A DNA stretch of 64,000 nt from Gammaproteobacteria bacterium (GTDB taxonomy: Bacteria > Pseudomonadota > Gammaproteobacteria > UBA4575), in contig CBDEUS010000001.1 of NCBI GenBank assembly GCA_965243395.1, positions 448,001 through 512,000 on the forward strand, read 5' to 3'. Below are positions 22,347 through 31,317 of the stretch, in pieces (position 1 is the first letter of the stretch; the number at the start of each line of letters is the position of its first letter). The notes under the pieces are model-generated. The model worked only from the letters and a program-made list of their open reading frames with translations, searched no databases and was not told the DNA's origin. A program made the translations under genes and the position numbers.

Positions 22347-24344
22347 ATGCAATTTCAAACCTTAGTCGCTGCACTCGAGTACAATCGAAGTGATGATCGT
22401 TTTGTGGGCTTTATCAATGGTCAAGACCAAGAAAAGATTATTACGTTTAACGAGCTTTACCAGCGTGCATTAGGCTTACTAAATTTTTTGCAAGAAAAAG
22501 ATGTTAGTCAAGGCGACTATCTAATATTAAATTTAAATGATAATGAACAAATGGTGGATGTGTTTTGGGCATGTCAGTTCGGTGGCATTGTCCCTGTGCC
22601 GTTGGCAATTGGTATAAGCGATCAACATCGTCAAAAAGTTTTTAATGTTTATCAACAATTAACCTCTAAAGAATTAAAAAAAGCATATTTGTATACGGAC
22701 CGTAAAACTTTTCACAAGTTACAAGCGAGTGCTGCTGATCAATCTGACAATATGGTATGGCAGTCATTATCGGCAAATACAATTCTTACGGATGATGTTG
22801 TTGATGTTTCTCACCCTGGACAAATTGCGAACGTTCTACCCGAAGATATTTCATTTATTCAGTTTTCCTCTGGCTCCACAGGCAGTCCTAAAGGAGTGGT
22901 GCTAAAACATCGTAATCTGTTGGCAAATATTGATGGAATACAACAGGCTGCACAATTTACAACAAACGATACCAGCTTAAGTTGGATGCCGCTTACGCAT
23001 GATATGGGATTGATTGGATTTCATTTGAATCCAGTCGTGTGTAATTACAACCACTATATTATGCGAACAGATTTATTTGTACGCAGACCTTTATATTGGA
23101 TGACTGCGGCAAGTGATAAAAAAGCTAACGTCTTATGTTCGCCCAATTTTGGCTATAAGCATTTTTTAAATGCGTATCGTCGCAAAGGGTTGCAAGATAT
23201 TGATCTTTCCCATATGCGTTTAATTTTTAATGGTGCTGAGCCCATTTCTGTAAATCTGTGTGAGCAATTTACTAACGAATTGGCACAGTATGGTTTGCCA
23301 AAGAACAGCATGTTTCCTGTTTATGGTCTAGCTGAGGCAAGCCTGGCCGTAAGCTTTCCTACTATAGGAGCAGAATTGGAAGTGCTTAACGTAACACGGG
23401 AGTCAATTGCTATTCATTCAGCAGCAAACTTAGCATCAGATACTGAAGCGGCTTCAACCCTGGTGGGTGTTGGTCAAACTATTCCTCACTGTTATGTCAG
23501 AATAAGTGACGAATTGGGTAAAGAACTTCCAGAAAACATGGTTGGGCATATACATATTGGAGGTAAAAACGTTACAGAGGAAATTATTGGAGATGACGGC
23601 ACAATGTTTTTTGACGGAGGTTGGGTAAATACGGGGGATCTTGGTTTTGTTTCTAATCAGGGTTTGTTTATTACGGGAAGATATAAAGAAATTCTGTTTG
23701 TGAACGGACAAAATTTCTATCCGCATGATATTGAAAATTCCTTGCAGAACATTGCAGGATTGGAACAAACACTTGAATTAGGTAAAGCTGTCGTTACTGG
23801 TGTGACTTCTAATAAAGATGATTTAGAGCAGGTGCTTATTTTTGTTTTACATAAAGGTGCAGTAGAAGAATTTAAACCAATTGCTGCAAAGATTAAAACT
23901 AATGTAAACGAACAATTTGGCATAGAAGTACATCATGTTATCCCGATACGAAAAGTTCCAAAAACAACAAGTGGGAAAATTCAACGTTCGGCTTTAGCTG
24001 ATGCTTATCTTGATGATGAATTTAGTGACATACTGCAAGAGCTTTCTCCCCAGCCAATTTCTGAAGTGAATGATGAGCAGCCAGGTGAAGAAGAAGACAA
24101 TCAAGATGAGGTCGTTAATGCAATTCGTAAAATTTGTTTAGAGGCTTTGCCGGATAAGACTTTCAGCGTGAATGATAGCTTATTGGAATTAGGTGCAAGT
24201 TCGCTTTCTCTAGTAGAAATTCACTCGGGTTTAGACGAGCTCTATCCTGGTCAAATTGAAATTACAGACTTGGTGGATCATCCGACGATTACCGACCTCG
24301 CAGCGTTTATAAAGAATAAAGAATCATTGGCTGTGAGTGGTTAG
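22347..24344 (+). CDS. fatty acyl-AMP ligase-type adenylation domain fused to a C-terminal carrier (ACP) domain
   Basis: FIQFSSGSTGSPKGV, SWMPLTHDMGLIG, NGAEPI, YGLAEA followed by a FAAL-like insertion, TGDLGF, PKTTSGKIQR; acidic linker; carrier motif LLELGASSL. Confidence 0.9.
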   Translation: MQFQTLVAALEYNRSDDRFVGFINGQDQEKIITFNELYQRALGLLNFLQEKDVSQGDYLILNLNDNEQMVDVFWACQFGGIVPVPLAIGISDQHRQKVFNVYQQLTSKELKKAYLYTDRKTFHKLQASAADQSDNMVWQSLSANTILTDDVVDVSHPGQIANVLPEDISFIQFSSGSTGSPKGVVLKHRNLLANIDGIQQAAQFTTNDTSLSWMPLTHDMGLIGFHLNPVVCNYNHYIMRTDLFVRRPLYWMTAASDKKANVLCSPNFGYKHFLNAYRRKGLQDIDLSHMRLIFNGAEPISVNLCEQFTNELAQYGLPKNSMFPVYGLAEASLAVSFPTIGAELEVLNVTRESIAIHSAANLASDTEAASTLVGVGQTIPHCYVRISDELGKELPENMVGHIHIGGKNVTEEIIGDDGTMFFDGGWVNTGDLGFVSNQGLFITGRYKEILFVNGQNFYPHDIENSLQNIAGLEQTLELGKAVVTGVTSNKDDLEQVLIFVLHKGAVEEFKPIAAKIKTNVNEQFGIEVHHVIPIRKVPKTTSGKIQRSALADAYLDDEFSDILQELSPQPISEVNDEQPGEEEDNQDEVVNAIRKICLEALPDKTFSVNDSLLELGASSLSLVEIHSGLDELYPGQIEITDLVDHPTITDLAAFIKNKESLAVSG

Positions 24345-25198
24345 TTATAAAGAGATTTTTTCTTTTTCCATCTTTTGTGAATCCATAACCAGTCTTCCGG
24401 TCTTTTTAAAATTTGTTGCTCAACCGCGTCCACATACGCTTGGGTGATTGGTGTTGTATCTTTTTGGTAAGGTGGTACAGCGAGCAGCTTGAAACTTGCA
24501 TGGTACTTACCCCGACTGATTCTTTCTAAATCCATGAAAAATACAGGATACTTAAATAAGGCTGCTATTTTTTCTAAACCTAAATAAAACGGCGTATCCT
24601 GATTTAGAAAAGTAGTCCAGTAAGCATCATCGCGGCGACGCGGAGCTTGATCAGGTGCGATAGCAATAATTCGCGTTTGCTTGGAACGTTTAATTAAATC
24701 TGTAATGCAGGTTTTAGCAGGAGTAAGAGTGATCCCGTATTGTGAACGCGATTCGAGGGCTAGTTCATTAATCCATTTTTGATGCAAAGGTTTATATATG
24801 CCGTCAATGGGGTGTTTAAAAAACTGACTTGCAGCCAGTATCGCCCATTCCTGATTACACTGATGAGCTAAAGCTAAAATTATTGTCTGGTTGTTGTTTA
24901 GTGTTTTTTCGATAGCTTCAGCATTGCTGTAAGTAACATATTCACTAATCTCATTTGGTTTTAAGTCAATGGTCTTAAGTATTTCCAATAAAATTTGAGA
25001 AAAATTACGATAATTTTTTTTCACTAATTTTCGTTGTTCTAGTTTGTTAAGATCAGGAAATGAATTGCGGATATTTTTTTCTGCAACATCGCGCCTAAAC
25101 CTAATAATATAAAACATCAAAAAATAAACTGGCCACGACAGTCCATACAAAACTGGCAGCGGCAAAGTTGCAATAAGTTTTAGAAAAGTTTTACGCAA
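24341..25198 (-). CDS. LpxL/HtrB (LABLAT)-family acyltransferase
   Basis: N-terminal membrane helix, HQCNQE (Hx4E), PDQAP, FLNQDTP, WLWIHKRWK. Confidence 0.92.
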   Translation of the reverse strand: MRKTFLKLIATLPLPVLYGLSWPVYFLMFYIIRFRRDVAEKNIRNSFPDLNKLEQRKLVKKNYRNFSQILLEILKTIDLKPNEISEYVTYSNAEAIEKTLNNNQTIILALAHQCNQEWAILAASQFFKHPIDGIYKPLHQKWINELALESRSQYGITLTPAKTCITDLIKRSKQTRIIAIAPDQAPRRRDDAYWTTFLNQDTPFYLGLEKIAALFKYPVFFMDLERISRGKYHASFKLLAVPPYQKDTTPITQAYVDAVEQQILKRPEDWLWIHKRWKKKKSLYN

Positions 25199-25226
25199 GA
25201 AATGTATGTTTTGTTATTTAAAAAGT

Positions 25227-26096
25227 TTAATTTTGCTCAACAGGTTTTTGTAGTTTCCATCTACGATAAGCCCATAACCAATCTTTTGGATTATTGTTTA
25301 TTTGTGCTTCTAATTCAGAGATATATGCACGCATGATTTGGTTAGGATCTTCAGAAAAGGGCGGCTCAGCAAGAAACTTAAAGTTTGCTTGATAATACCC
25401 TTTTCGCTTTCGTGCCAGTGACATAAAAACTATCGGGTACTTAAATGCTCGTGCAATTTTTTCTGTACCAGTATGAAATGCCGTATCGCGATTTAAAAAA
25501 TGTTGCCAATAAGGCGTATCATTTTTTTTGGGTGATTGGTCTGCTGCCATCGCGAGCATGCGGGTGATTTTGGCGCGTTTTAGAGAATCAGCAACAAATG
25601 TTTCCATTGGTAATGGTGTGACATCAAAACGAGTTCTTAAATGATAAAAAATTTCTTCTAAGCTTTCTGTACGCTGTTTACGGTACACGGTATCCACTGG
25701 AAAATTTAAGTACTGCGCACAAGCTAAAAGTGCCCACTCAAAATTGCAGTAGTGCGCTGTAACAACGATGACTGATTGCCCTTGTTTCAGGTAATCTTCC
25801 AATAAATGTAAATTTTTAAACTCAACGCGTTTTTTTATCTCTTCTTTACTGAATCTAAGCGCTTTTATAGTTTCTGCCAGCACCATGCATGTGCTCTTGT
25901 AATGGTTTTTAGCCAACTCAAGGCATTCTGATGCAGAATATTCAGGAAAAGATGCTTTAATATTATTTAGCGTAAGTGCTCTACGTACTTTGAAGACATG
26001 AAAAAGTAATACATAGCACACCCAGGAAATACCGTGCAGTAACCAAAGTGGTAATAAAGATAAAAGTTTGATTACAAGAACAATGATTTTCTGCAT
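25227..26096 (-). CDS. LpxL/HtrB (LABLAT)-family acyltransferase
   Basis: HYCNFE (Hx4E), ADQSP, FLNRDT, GTEKIAR, WLWAYRRWK. Confidence 0.92.
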   Translation of the reverse strand: MQKIIVLVIKLLSLLPLWLLHGISWVCYVLLFHVFKVRRALTLNNIKASFPEYSASECLELAKNHYKSTCMVLAETIKALRFSKEEIKKRVEFKNLHLLEDYLKQGQSVIVVTAHYCNFEWALLACAQYLNFPVDTVYRKQRTESLEEIFYHLRTRFDVTPLPMETFVADSLKRAKITRMLAMAADQSPKKNDTPYWQHFLNRDTAFHTGTEKIARAFKYPIVFMSLARKRKGYYQANFKFLAEPPFSEDPNQIMRAYISELEAQINNNPKDWLWAYRRWKLQKPVEQN

Positions 26097-26264
26097 ATTT
26101 TGGATTGCTTTCTACACTTGTGCTCAGATATCAAATTTACTAATAAGTAATATAAATTACCAGTTTCAGCGCTGTTTCGAAGAGAAAGCTGACATATGGT
26201 AGCGGTCTATATTGGTAATTTGAATTCAGTCAAAACTTTTTAAAATTTTAATAGTCACAATAAC

Positions 26265-26594
26265 ATGGACTTAGATGACATGGATGTTCAAGGAAGACAA
26301 ATAATGAAATGGATTATCAATACAGTATTGAGTCTTGCCAAGTTAATTATCATTAGCGGTTTAGTTCTGCTTTCTGTTTTTGTATTGCCCGTCATTGCAT
26401 TGATACTTGGATTAGGCATATCGCTTAGCTATGTGCGTGATAATGAATCTAAGTTCTATAATTTTAAATTACCTTTGATAAAACTAAATGCTCCAACCTT
26501 AAGCTATTTTAAACACTTCGAGCTTTTATTACCTCCAAGACTTATTACTCGAGTTCAGCATATTCGTATTTCACGAAATAAATCTATTTACTAA
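26265..26594 (+). CDS. hypothetical membrane protein (start uncertain)
   Basis: Long hydrophobic segment followed by a basic tail. Confidence 0.5.
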   Translation: MDLDDMDVQGRQIMKWIINTVLSLAKLIIISGLVLLSVFVLPVIALILGLGISLSYVRDNESKFYNFKLPLIKLNAPTLSYFKHFELLLPPRLITRVQHIRISRNKSIY

Positions 26595-26690
26595 TAAGAT
26601 TTATTGTTGGCTTCTACATTGCCTTACAAAAAGTTATTTCGCCCAGTATTAACGGATTTTCAATCCTGATGCTACAATTGCGCGCATTAT

Positions 26691-26767
26691 GCGCCCGTAG
26701 CTCAACTGGATAGAGCACCGGCCTTCTAAGCCGGGGGTTGCAGGTTCGAGTCCTGCCGGGCGCGCCA
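26691..26767 (+). tRNA. tRNA-Arg(TCT)
   Basis: GCGCCCG/CGGGCGC acceptor stem, CCGGC-CTTCTAA-GCCGG anticodon arm, CCA end. Confidence 0.97.
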
Positions 26768-26879
26768 TTCATGTTATCGATGAGTCGCAAGTTAGTTTAT
26801 AGCTATAAAATTTAGACGTACCTCTATAGGTAGCGTGGCCATCGCTTGATCAAATGCGTTAATATTCATTCCCCGTTAT

Positions 26880-26956
26880 GGTGAGCGTAGCTCAGTTGGT
26901 AGAGCGCAGGATTGTGATTCCTGTGGTCGTGGGTTCGATCCCCATCGCTCACCCCA
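26880..26956 (+). tRNA. tRNA-His(GTG), including G-1
   Basis: GTGAGCG/CGCTCAC stem, CAGGA-TTGTGAT-TCCTG anticodon arm, C discriminator plus CCA. Confidence 0.97.
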
Positions 26957-26958
26957 CC

Positions 26959-27058
26959 TTTGCGTGTAGGTACTACACGTAAATCAAACTGTCACGTAGT
27001 GACGCAAGTTTATAAGGCTATTACTCGCAAATGAAATGGTCGCGTAGCGACACAAGTT
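26959..27058 (+). repeat. cluster of three GTA-loop hairpins, two of them forming a 20-nt direct repeat
   Basis: TTTGCGTGTAG-GTA-CTACACGTAAA (26959-26983); GTCAC-GTA-GTGAC-GCAAGTT (26991-27010); GTCGC-GTA-GCGAC-ACAAGTT (27039-27058). Confidence 0.75.
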
Positions 27059-27076
27059 CTTTAAGCAGAGTGTTTA

Positions 27077-27277
27077 TTAAAGTGAAATCTTATTTTTAAT
27101 ACACCACTCGATAACTTCTGTTGTATCAAAAATGTAATCTTTTGAGGTAGTAGGCTGAGAGGAATTTTTTTTAGGTTTAATAGAGTAGGGTAGACCTTGG
27201 TCAGCCCAGGCATCAATTTTAGTTTGGCTAACACCGAAGATAGCCGCTAAGTCAGTACAATTTACTTTGAGGCCCAC
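27077..27277 (-). CDS. stand-alone winged-helix protein resembling the DNA-binding domain of lambda terminase small subunit Nu1
   Basis: VNCTDLAAIFGVSQTKIDAWADQGLP...FDTTEVIEW compared with Nu1 VNKKQLADIFGASIRTIQNWQEQGMP...YDSAAVIKW (recalled); GGAG 5 nt upstream of GTG 27277. Confidence 0.75.
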   Translation of the reverse strand: MGLKVNCTDLAAIFGVSQTKIDAWADQGLPYSIKPKKNSSQPTTSKDYIFDTTEVIEWCIKNKISL

Positions 27278-27455
27278 GCTTACTCCATATGCTTTAACTG
27301 GGATAAAAACAGAGTGCAATTTATAACAAATATTTGGAATTTTTGCTCAAATTTGCAAAGGCTTAACTGCTTCTCTATGCAGGGATCTTGAATTGGTCGA
27401 TATTTGTTCGATTAACGCTATACTTGTCAATAATAATTGAGCAATTTTATTAATA

Positions 27456-28073
27456 ATGAAGTCATTTCTCTCGATGTTTCTGTTGACTCTGCTGCTAGGT
27501 CAAACTTATGCAAATGATTTACAAAATATTCCCCCTCAGTGCCTTACTGATTGCGAATCTGATTATGGTGTGGTGTTAGGTGTTTCACCTGCCGACATTC
27601 CTGCTTATTCAAATTGTAATGCTAAGTGTGTCGTGTTTGAGCCGAATCATCATGATGACGTCTACACAGGTATTAAATGGCAGTGCGTTGAATATGCGCG
27701 GCGTTGGCTGCTGCAACAAAAACAAGTTGTTTTTGGAGATGTCGATATTGCTGCCGATATATGGGCGTTAGAGCAAGTCACGAATCCTATTAATAAGAAA
27801 ACGTTTACATTTGAATCCATTACAAATGGCGCGCTAATGCTACCTAAACGTGGAGATCTTTTAATTTATAGTGAAGAATATCTTGGTACGGGTCATGTTG
27901 CAGTAGTTGTTTCTATTAATGAAGAGCAAAAATCAATTAACGTGGCAGAACAAAATTTCGAAAATAAATTATGGGAAGATAAGTATGCTCGAAGCATAAA
28001 ATATATTATTAACGAAGACAGAATTTGGTTATTAGACCAATTTCTAGTAGGTTGGAAACGTGCCAGAAATTAA
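27456..28073 (+). CDS. secreted CHAP-domain amidase, glutathionylspermidine-amidase-like
   Basis: Signal peptide; KWQCVEYARR (Cys), TGHVAVV (His), VAEQN. Confidence 0.85.
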   Translation: MKSFLSMFLLTLLLGQTYANDLQNIPPQCLTDCESDYGVVLGVSPADIPAYSNCNAKCVVFEPNHHDDVYTGIKWQCVEYARRWLLQQKQVVFGDVDIAADIWALEQVTNPINKKTFTFESITNGALMLPKRGDLLIYSEEYLGTGHVAVVVSINEEQKSINVAEQNFENKLWEDKYARSIKYIINEDRIWLLDQFLVGWKRARN

Positions 28074-28948
28074 TGGCTAGACTTATTCTGGTAATTTAAA
28101 TAAATAATAATAAAAATTGCCAAACAAATTGCTGCTAGATATCCGATCACTTTGTCATAATTACCTGTTAAAAAAGCATATTCAGACTGCACATTCGTAT
28201 CCGTCACGCGTTTAAATACTTTAATTACAACTACCCATCCAGCGTGTATACCCATACAAAGTGCTATACGATTACTGCGAATTCTAACGAAAGCAAGTAA
28301 TACACCTGCTAAAAAAAGTGCAATGAACGAATCAAAAATAAGGCTTACTTGTGTAAGCGCTTGTAACGCATCTTTCAACAACACAAATCCACTGCTCCAA
28401 TTGAGTGAATTTGGGTTCAATTCAATTGTAGGTTGTAAAAAATGCACCAATGCATAAATAAAACTGGTTGTGATAACAGCAAAAGCGACCGTGCTTTGGT
28501 TTTTGACTGCCGTTAACAATGCGCCACGAAATAATGTTTCTTCTATTAATGCGACAATTATTCCTGCACTAAGCCCTGTGAGAAATAAGCCTGCTATATT
28601 TACAAAGGATATTTCCCAGTCTTTATCTATTACACGGTTTTGGGTAATTAATAATCCCGCAATTACAGGTAACATAATCAAAATTCCGTAGCCTAAACCT
28701 TTTGCGAAATCTCGGAAAAACTGTTTTTTATTGTTGCTAAAACCGAGTTCTTGCCATGATTTAAATTTGAGTAACTTAAATAATCCAAAAAACAAAATTA
28801 TCGCCATAAGAAGCACACTTCGACTCACGACACGATCAAAATCCAAATCCATCCAGTTGGTTAAAAATTGATGCAGGGGATATGCGATAGCTGCTCCTAG
28901 CATGAGGGCTAAAGCAAAATAAATGACAAATACGATGAGTGTTGGCAT
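28070..28948 (-). CDS. CPBP (CAAX/Abi)-family intramembrane metalloprotease
   Basis: EETLFRG, ALVHF and GIHAGW motifs; multiple TM helices. Confidence 0.9.
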   Translation of the reverse strand: MPTLIVFVIYFALALMLGAAIAYPLHQFLTNWMDLDFDRVVSRSVLLMAIILFFGLFKLLKFKSWQELGFSNNKKQFFRDFAKGLGYGILIMLPVIAGLLITQNRVIDKDWEISFVNIAGLFLTGLSAGIIVALIEETLFRGALLTAVKNQSTVAFAVITTSFIYALVHFLQPTIELNPNSLNWSSGFVLLKDALQALTQVSLIFDSFIALFLAGVLLAFVRIRSNRIALCMGIHAGWVVVIKVFKRVTDTNVQSEYAFLTGNYDKVIGYLAAICLAIFIIIYLNYQNKSSH

Positions 28949-29081
28949 TGATAAATTTCTGATTAAATATATAGATGGGGTAAGATTTTTTAGGAAGTTA
29001 TTTCGGTTATAATTCTGGTTGATTCATATTAAAGTCACAAGCTCATATGGTGAATTAGGATCGCCATATGCTGTTATGTAT

Positions 29082-29167
<86 letters not shown>

Positions 29168-29352
29168 ACCGCCAAGCACATTAATGAGTTAGGCGTAAAA
29201 GCTGAGTTCGGCACGATTGATTGATAAAAATGTAGCCTCTCCAAGGCGGTGTATAATTTCGCTGTAGACAAATTTTTAGCATGTTAAAGCTGAATGTAGG
29301 ATAGAGATAACTATAATCAACCCTTAATTTTTAAAATAACCAAGAAAACCCC

Positions 29353-30660
29353 ATGCAAGTATCACTCGAAACAACTGATGGATTAGAACGCAAAATGACA
29401 GTAGAAGTGCCTGCTGAGAAAATCAGTAGCGCCATCGAAGAAAAATTAAAAAACTTAAGCAAACAAGTTAAGTTGTCTGGGTTTAGGCCAGGTAAAGTTC
29501 CCATGAATGTTGTGCGTCAACGATTTGGCAAAAAAGTTTCTCAGGAAGTGATTGCAGATACTATGCAAATGAGTTATCAAGAGGCCATTATTCAGGAAAA
29601 ACTCAGACCTGCGAGCAACCCAAGTATTGAACCTTTGAATTTAGAAGCAAATGAAGATTTAAAATATATTGCTACATTCGAAGTTTACCCGGAAATCACA
29701 CTAGTGGATTTGAACGCTCTGGAAGTTGAGGTAGCCGAGGTCGAGATTGAGGAAAGTGATGTTGAGGATATTGTGCAAAAGCTTCTTCAACAAAAAATGA
29801 TCTGGACAGAGGTTGAACGAAAATCTAAAACAGATGATCAGATAACGATTAACTTCATTGGTAAAATCGATGGTGAAGAATTCCAGGGTGGAAGTCAGGA
29901 GAACTTCGTTACCGTAATTGGCTCGAGTAATTTATTACCTGAGTTTGAAAAGCAACTCGAAGGCGTCAAAAAGGAAGATAAAAAAAGTTTTGAGATAACA
30001 TTTCCAAAAGATTATATGCAGAAAGACTTAGCTGAAAAAGTTGCTACTTTTGAAATAGAAATATTAAAAGTTGAAGAAGGAGAGCTGCCCGAACTCAATG
30101 AGGAATTAATCAAAGAGTTTGGAATAGAAGACGGCAAAGAAGAAAGTTTTCGTAAACAGCTCAAAGATAATATGACACTTGAACTAGAGCAGCGAAAGAA
30201 AGCTTATGCAAAGAACAGCGTTATGCAAAGTTTGTTTGATGCAAATGAAGTTGAAACCCCTAAAGCGCTCTTGCAGCAGGAAATTCAGACATTACGTCAA
30301 CAGATGATTGATAACATGCAGCTTCCTGAACAACCCAAACCTATTGAGGAGATGATGCCTGATAATCTGTTCGAAGATGAGGCTAAAAAGAGAATCTCGC
30401 TCGGTTTGTTGATCGGTGAAATTGTCAATAAAAACGAAATTAAGCTAGATCAAGAAAAAGTAACTCAGCAATTACAAATGATTGCTGCGGGTTATGGTAA
30501 GCAGGATGAAGTTATTCAATACTACCGCAATAATCGCGAAGCAATGGCGAATATAGAAATGTCGGTTATGGAGGAACAAGTGGTAGACTATGTACTTGAA
30601 GCCGCAAAACAAACCAAAAAAACTTTTAACTTTGATGAATTTGTAAATAAACAATCTTAG
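29353..30660 (+). CDS. tig: trigger factor
   Basis: GFRPGKVP signature, FKBP domain; upstream of clpP. Confidence 0.97.
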   Translation: MQVSLETTDGLERKMTVEVPAEKISSAIEEKLKNLSKQVKLSGFRPGKVPMNVVRQRFGKKVSQEVIADTMQMSYQEAIIQEKLRPASNPSIEPLNLEANEDLKYIATFEVYPEITLVDLNALEVEVAEVEIEESDVEDIVQKLLQQKMIWTEVERKSKTDDQITINFIGKIDGEEFQGGSQENFVTVIGSSNLLPEFEKQLEGVKKEDKKSFEITFPKDYMQKDLAEKVATFEIEILKVEEGELPELNEELIKEFGIEDGKEESFRKQLKDNMTLELEQRKKAYAKNSVMQSLFDANEVETPKALLQQEIQTLRQQMIDNMQLPEQPKPIEEMMPDNLFEDEAKKRISLGLLIGEIVNKNEIKLDQEKVTQQLQMIAAGYGKQDEVIQYYRNNREAMANIEMSVMEEQVVDYVLEAAKQTKKTFNFDEFVNKQS

Positions 30661-30669
30661 GAATCGTAT

Positions 30670-31317
30670 ATGGCAAACTCTAACTCTAAAGACAGCGCAT
30701 TACATACTCAGGCATTGAATCTTGTGCCTATGGTTGTAGAACAATCTGCGCGAGGCGAGCGAGCTTATGATATTTATTCACGTTTATTAAAAGAACGGGT
30801 GATATTCATCGTAGGCCCGATTGAAGATCAAATGGCTAACCTTGTGGTAGCACAATTATTATTTCTGGAATCTGAAAATCCAGATAAAGATATTTCTGTT
30901 TATATTAATTCCCCTGGAGGTTCGGTAACGGCAGGCATGGCGATATACGACACTATGCAGTTTACGGGTCCTGACATTAGTACTTTATGTATTGGTCAAG
31001 CCGCAAGTATGGGTGCATTACTTCTTGCCGGAGGAGCAAAAGGTAAACGTTATTGTTTGCCACACTCGCGAGTCATGATTCACCAACCATTAGGTGGTTT
31101 TCAAGGACAAGCTACAGACATCGATATACATGCGCGTGAAATTTTAAAAATTCGTGAGGAATTAAATAACATACTTGCTAAGCACACTGGTCAATCTGTA
31201 GATCGCATTGCAGAAGACACGGAGCGTGATAATTTCATGGATAGTGAAACGGCAAAGGAATACGGCTTGATTGATGAAGTGTTGAATAAACGTAAGGAAA
31301 AGGTTCAGGAAGAATAG
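30670..31317 (+). CDS. clpP: ATP-dependent Clp protease proteolytic subunit
   Basis: YINSPGG, GQAASMG and MIHQPLGG motifs. Confidence 0.98.
   Translation: MANSNSKDSALHTQALNLVPMVVEQSARGERAYDIYSRLLKERVIFIVGPIEDQMANLVVAQLLFLESENPDKDISVYINSPGGSVTAGMAIYDTMQFTGPDISTLCIGQAASMGALLLAGGAKGKRYCLPHSRVMIHQPLGGFQGQATDIDIHAREILKIREELNNILAKHTGQSVDRIAEDTERDNFMDSETAKEYGLIDEVLNKRKEKVQEE

Noticed and set aside
22347-24344. NRPS/PKS biosynthetic cluster
   Set aside because: No condensation, ketosynthase, thioesterase or reductase domains anywhere in the window.
26991-27058. Possible mini-CRISPR (20-nt palindromic repeats with a 28-nt spacer)
   Set aside because: Only two imperfect, short repeats, with no cas genes or leader; kept as a hairpin-repeat finding instead.
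27077-28073. Prophage (terminase small subunit-like gene plus CHAP lysin-like gene)
   Set aside because: No large terminase, structural, integrase or holin genes; the CHAP protein looks Gsp-amidase-like.
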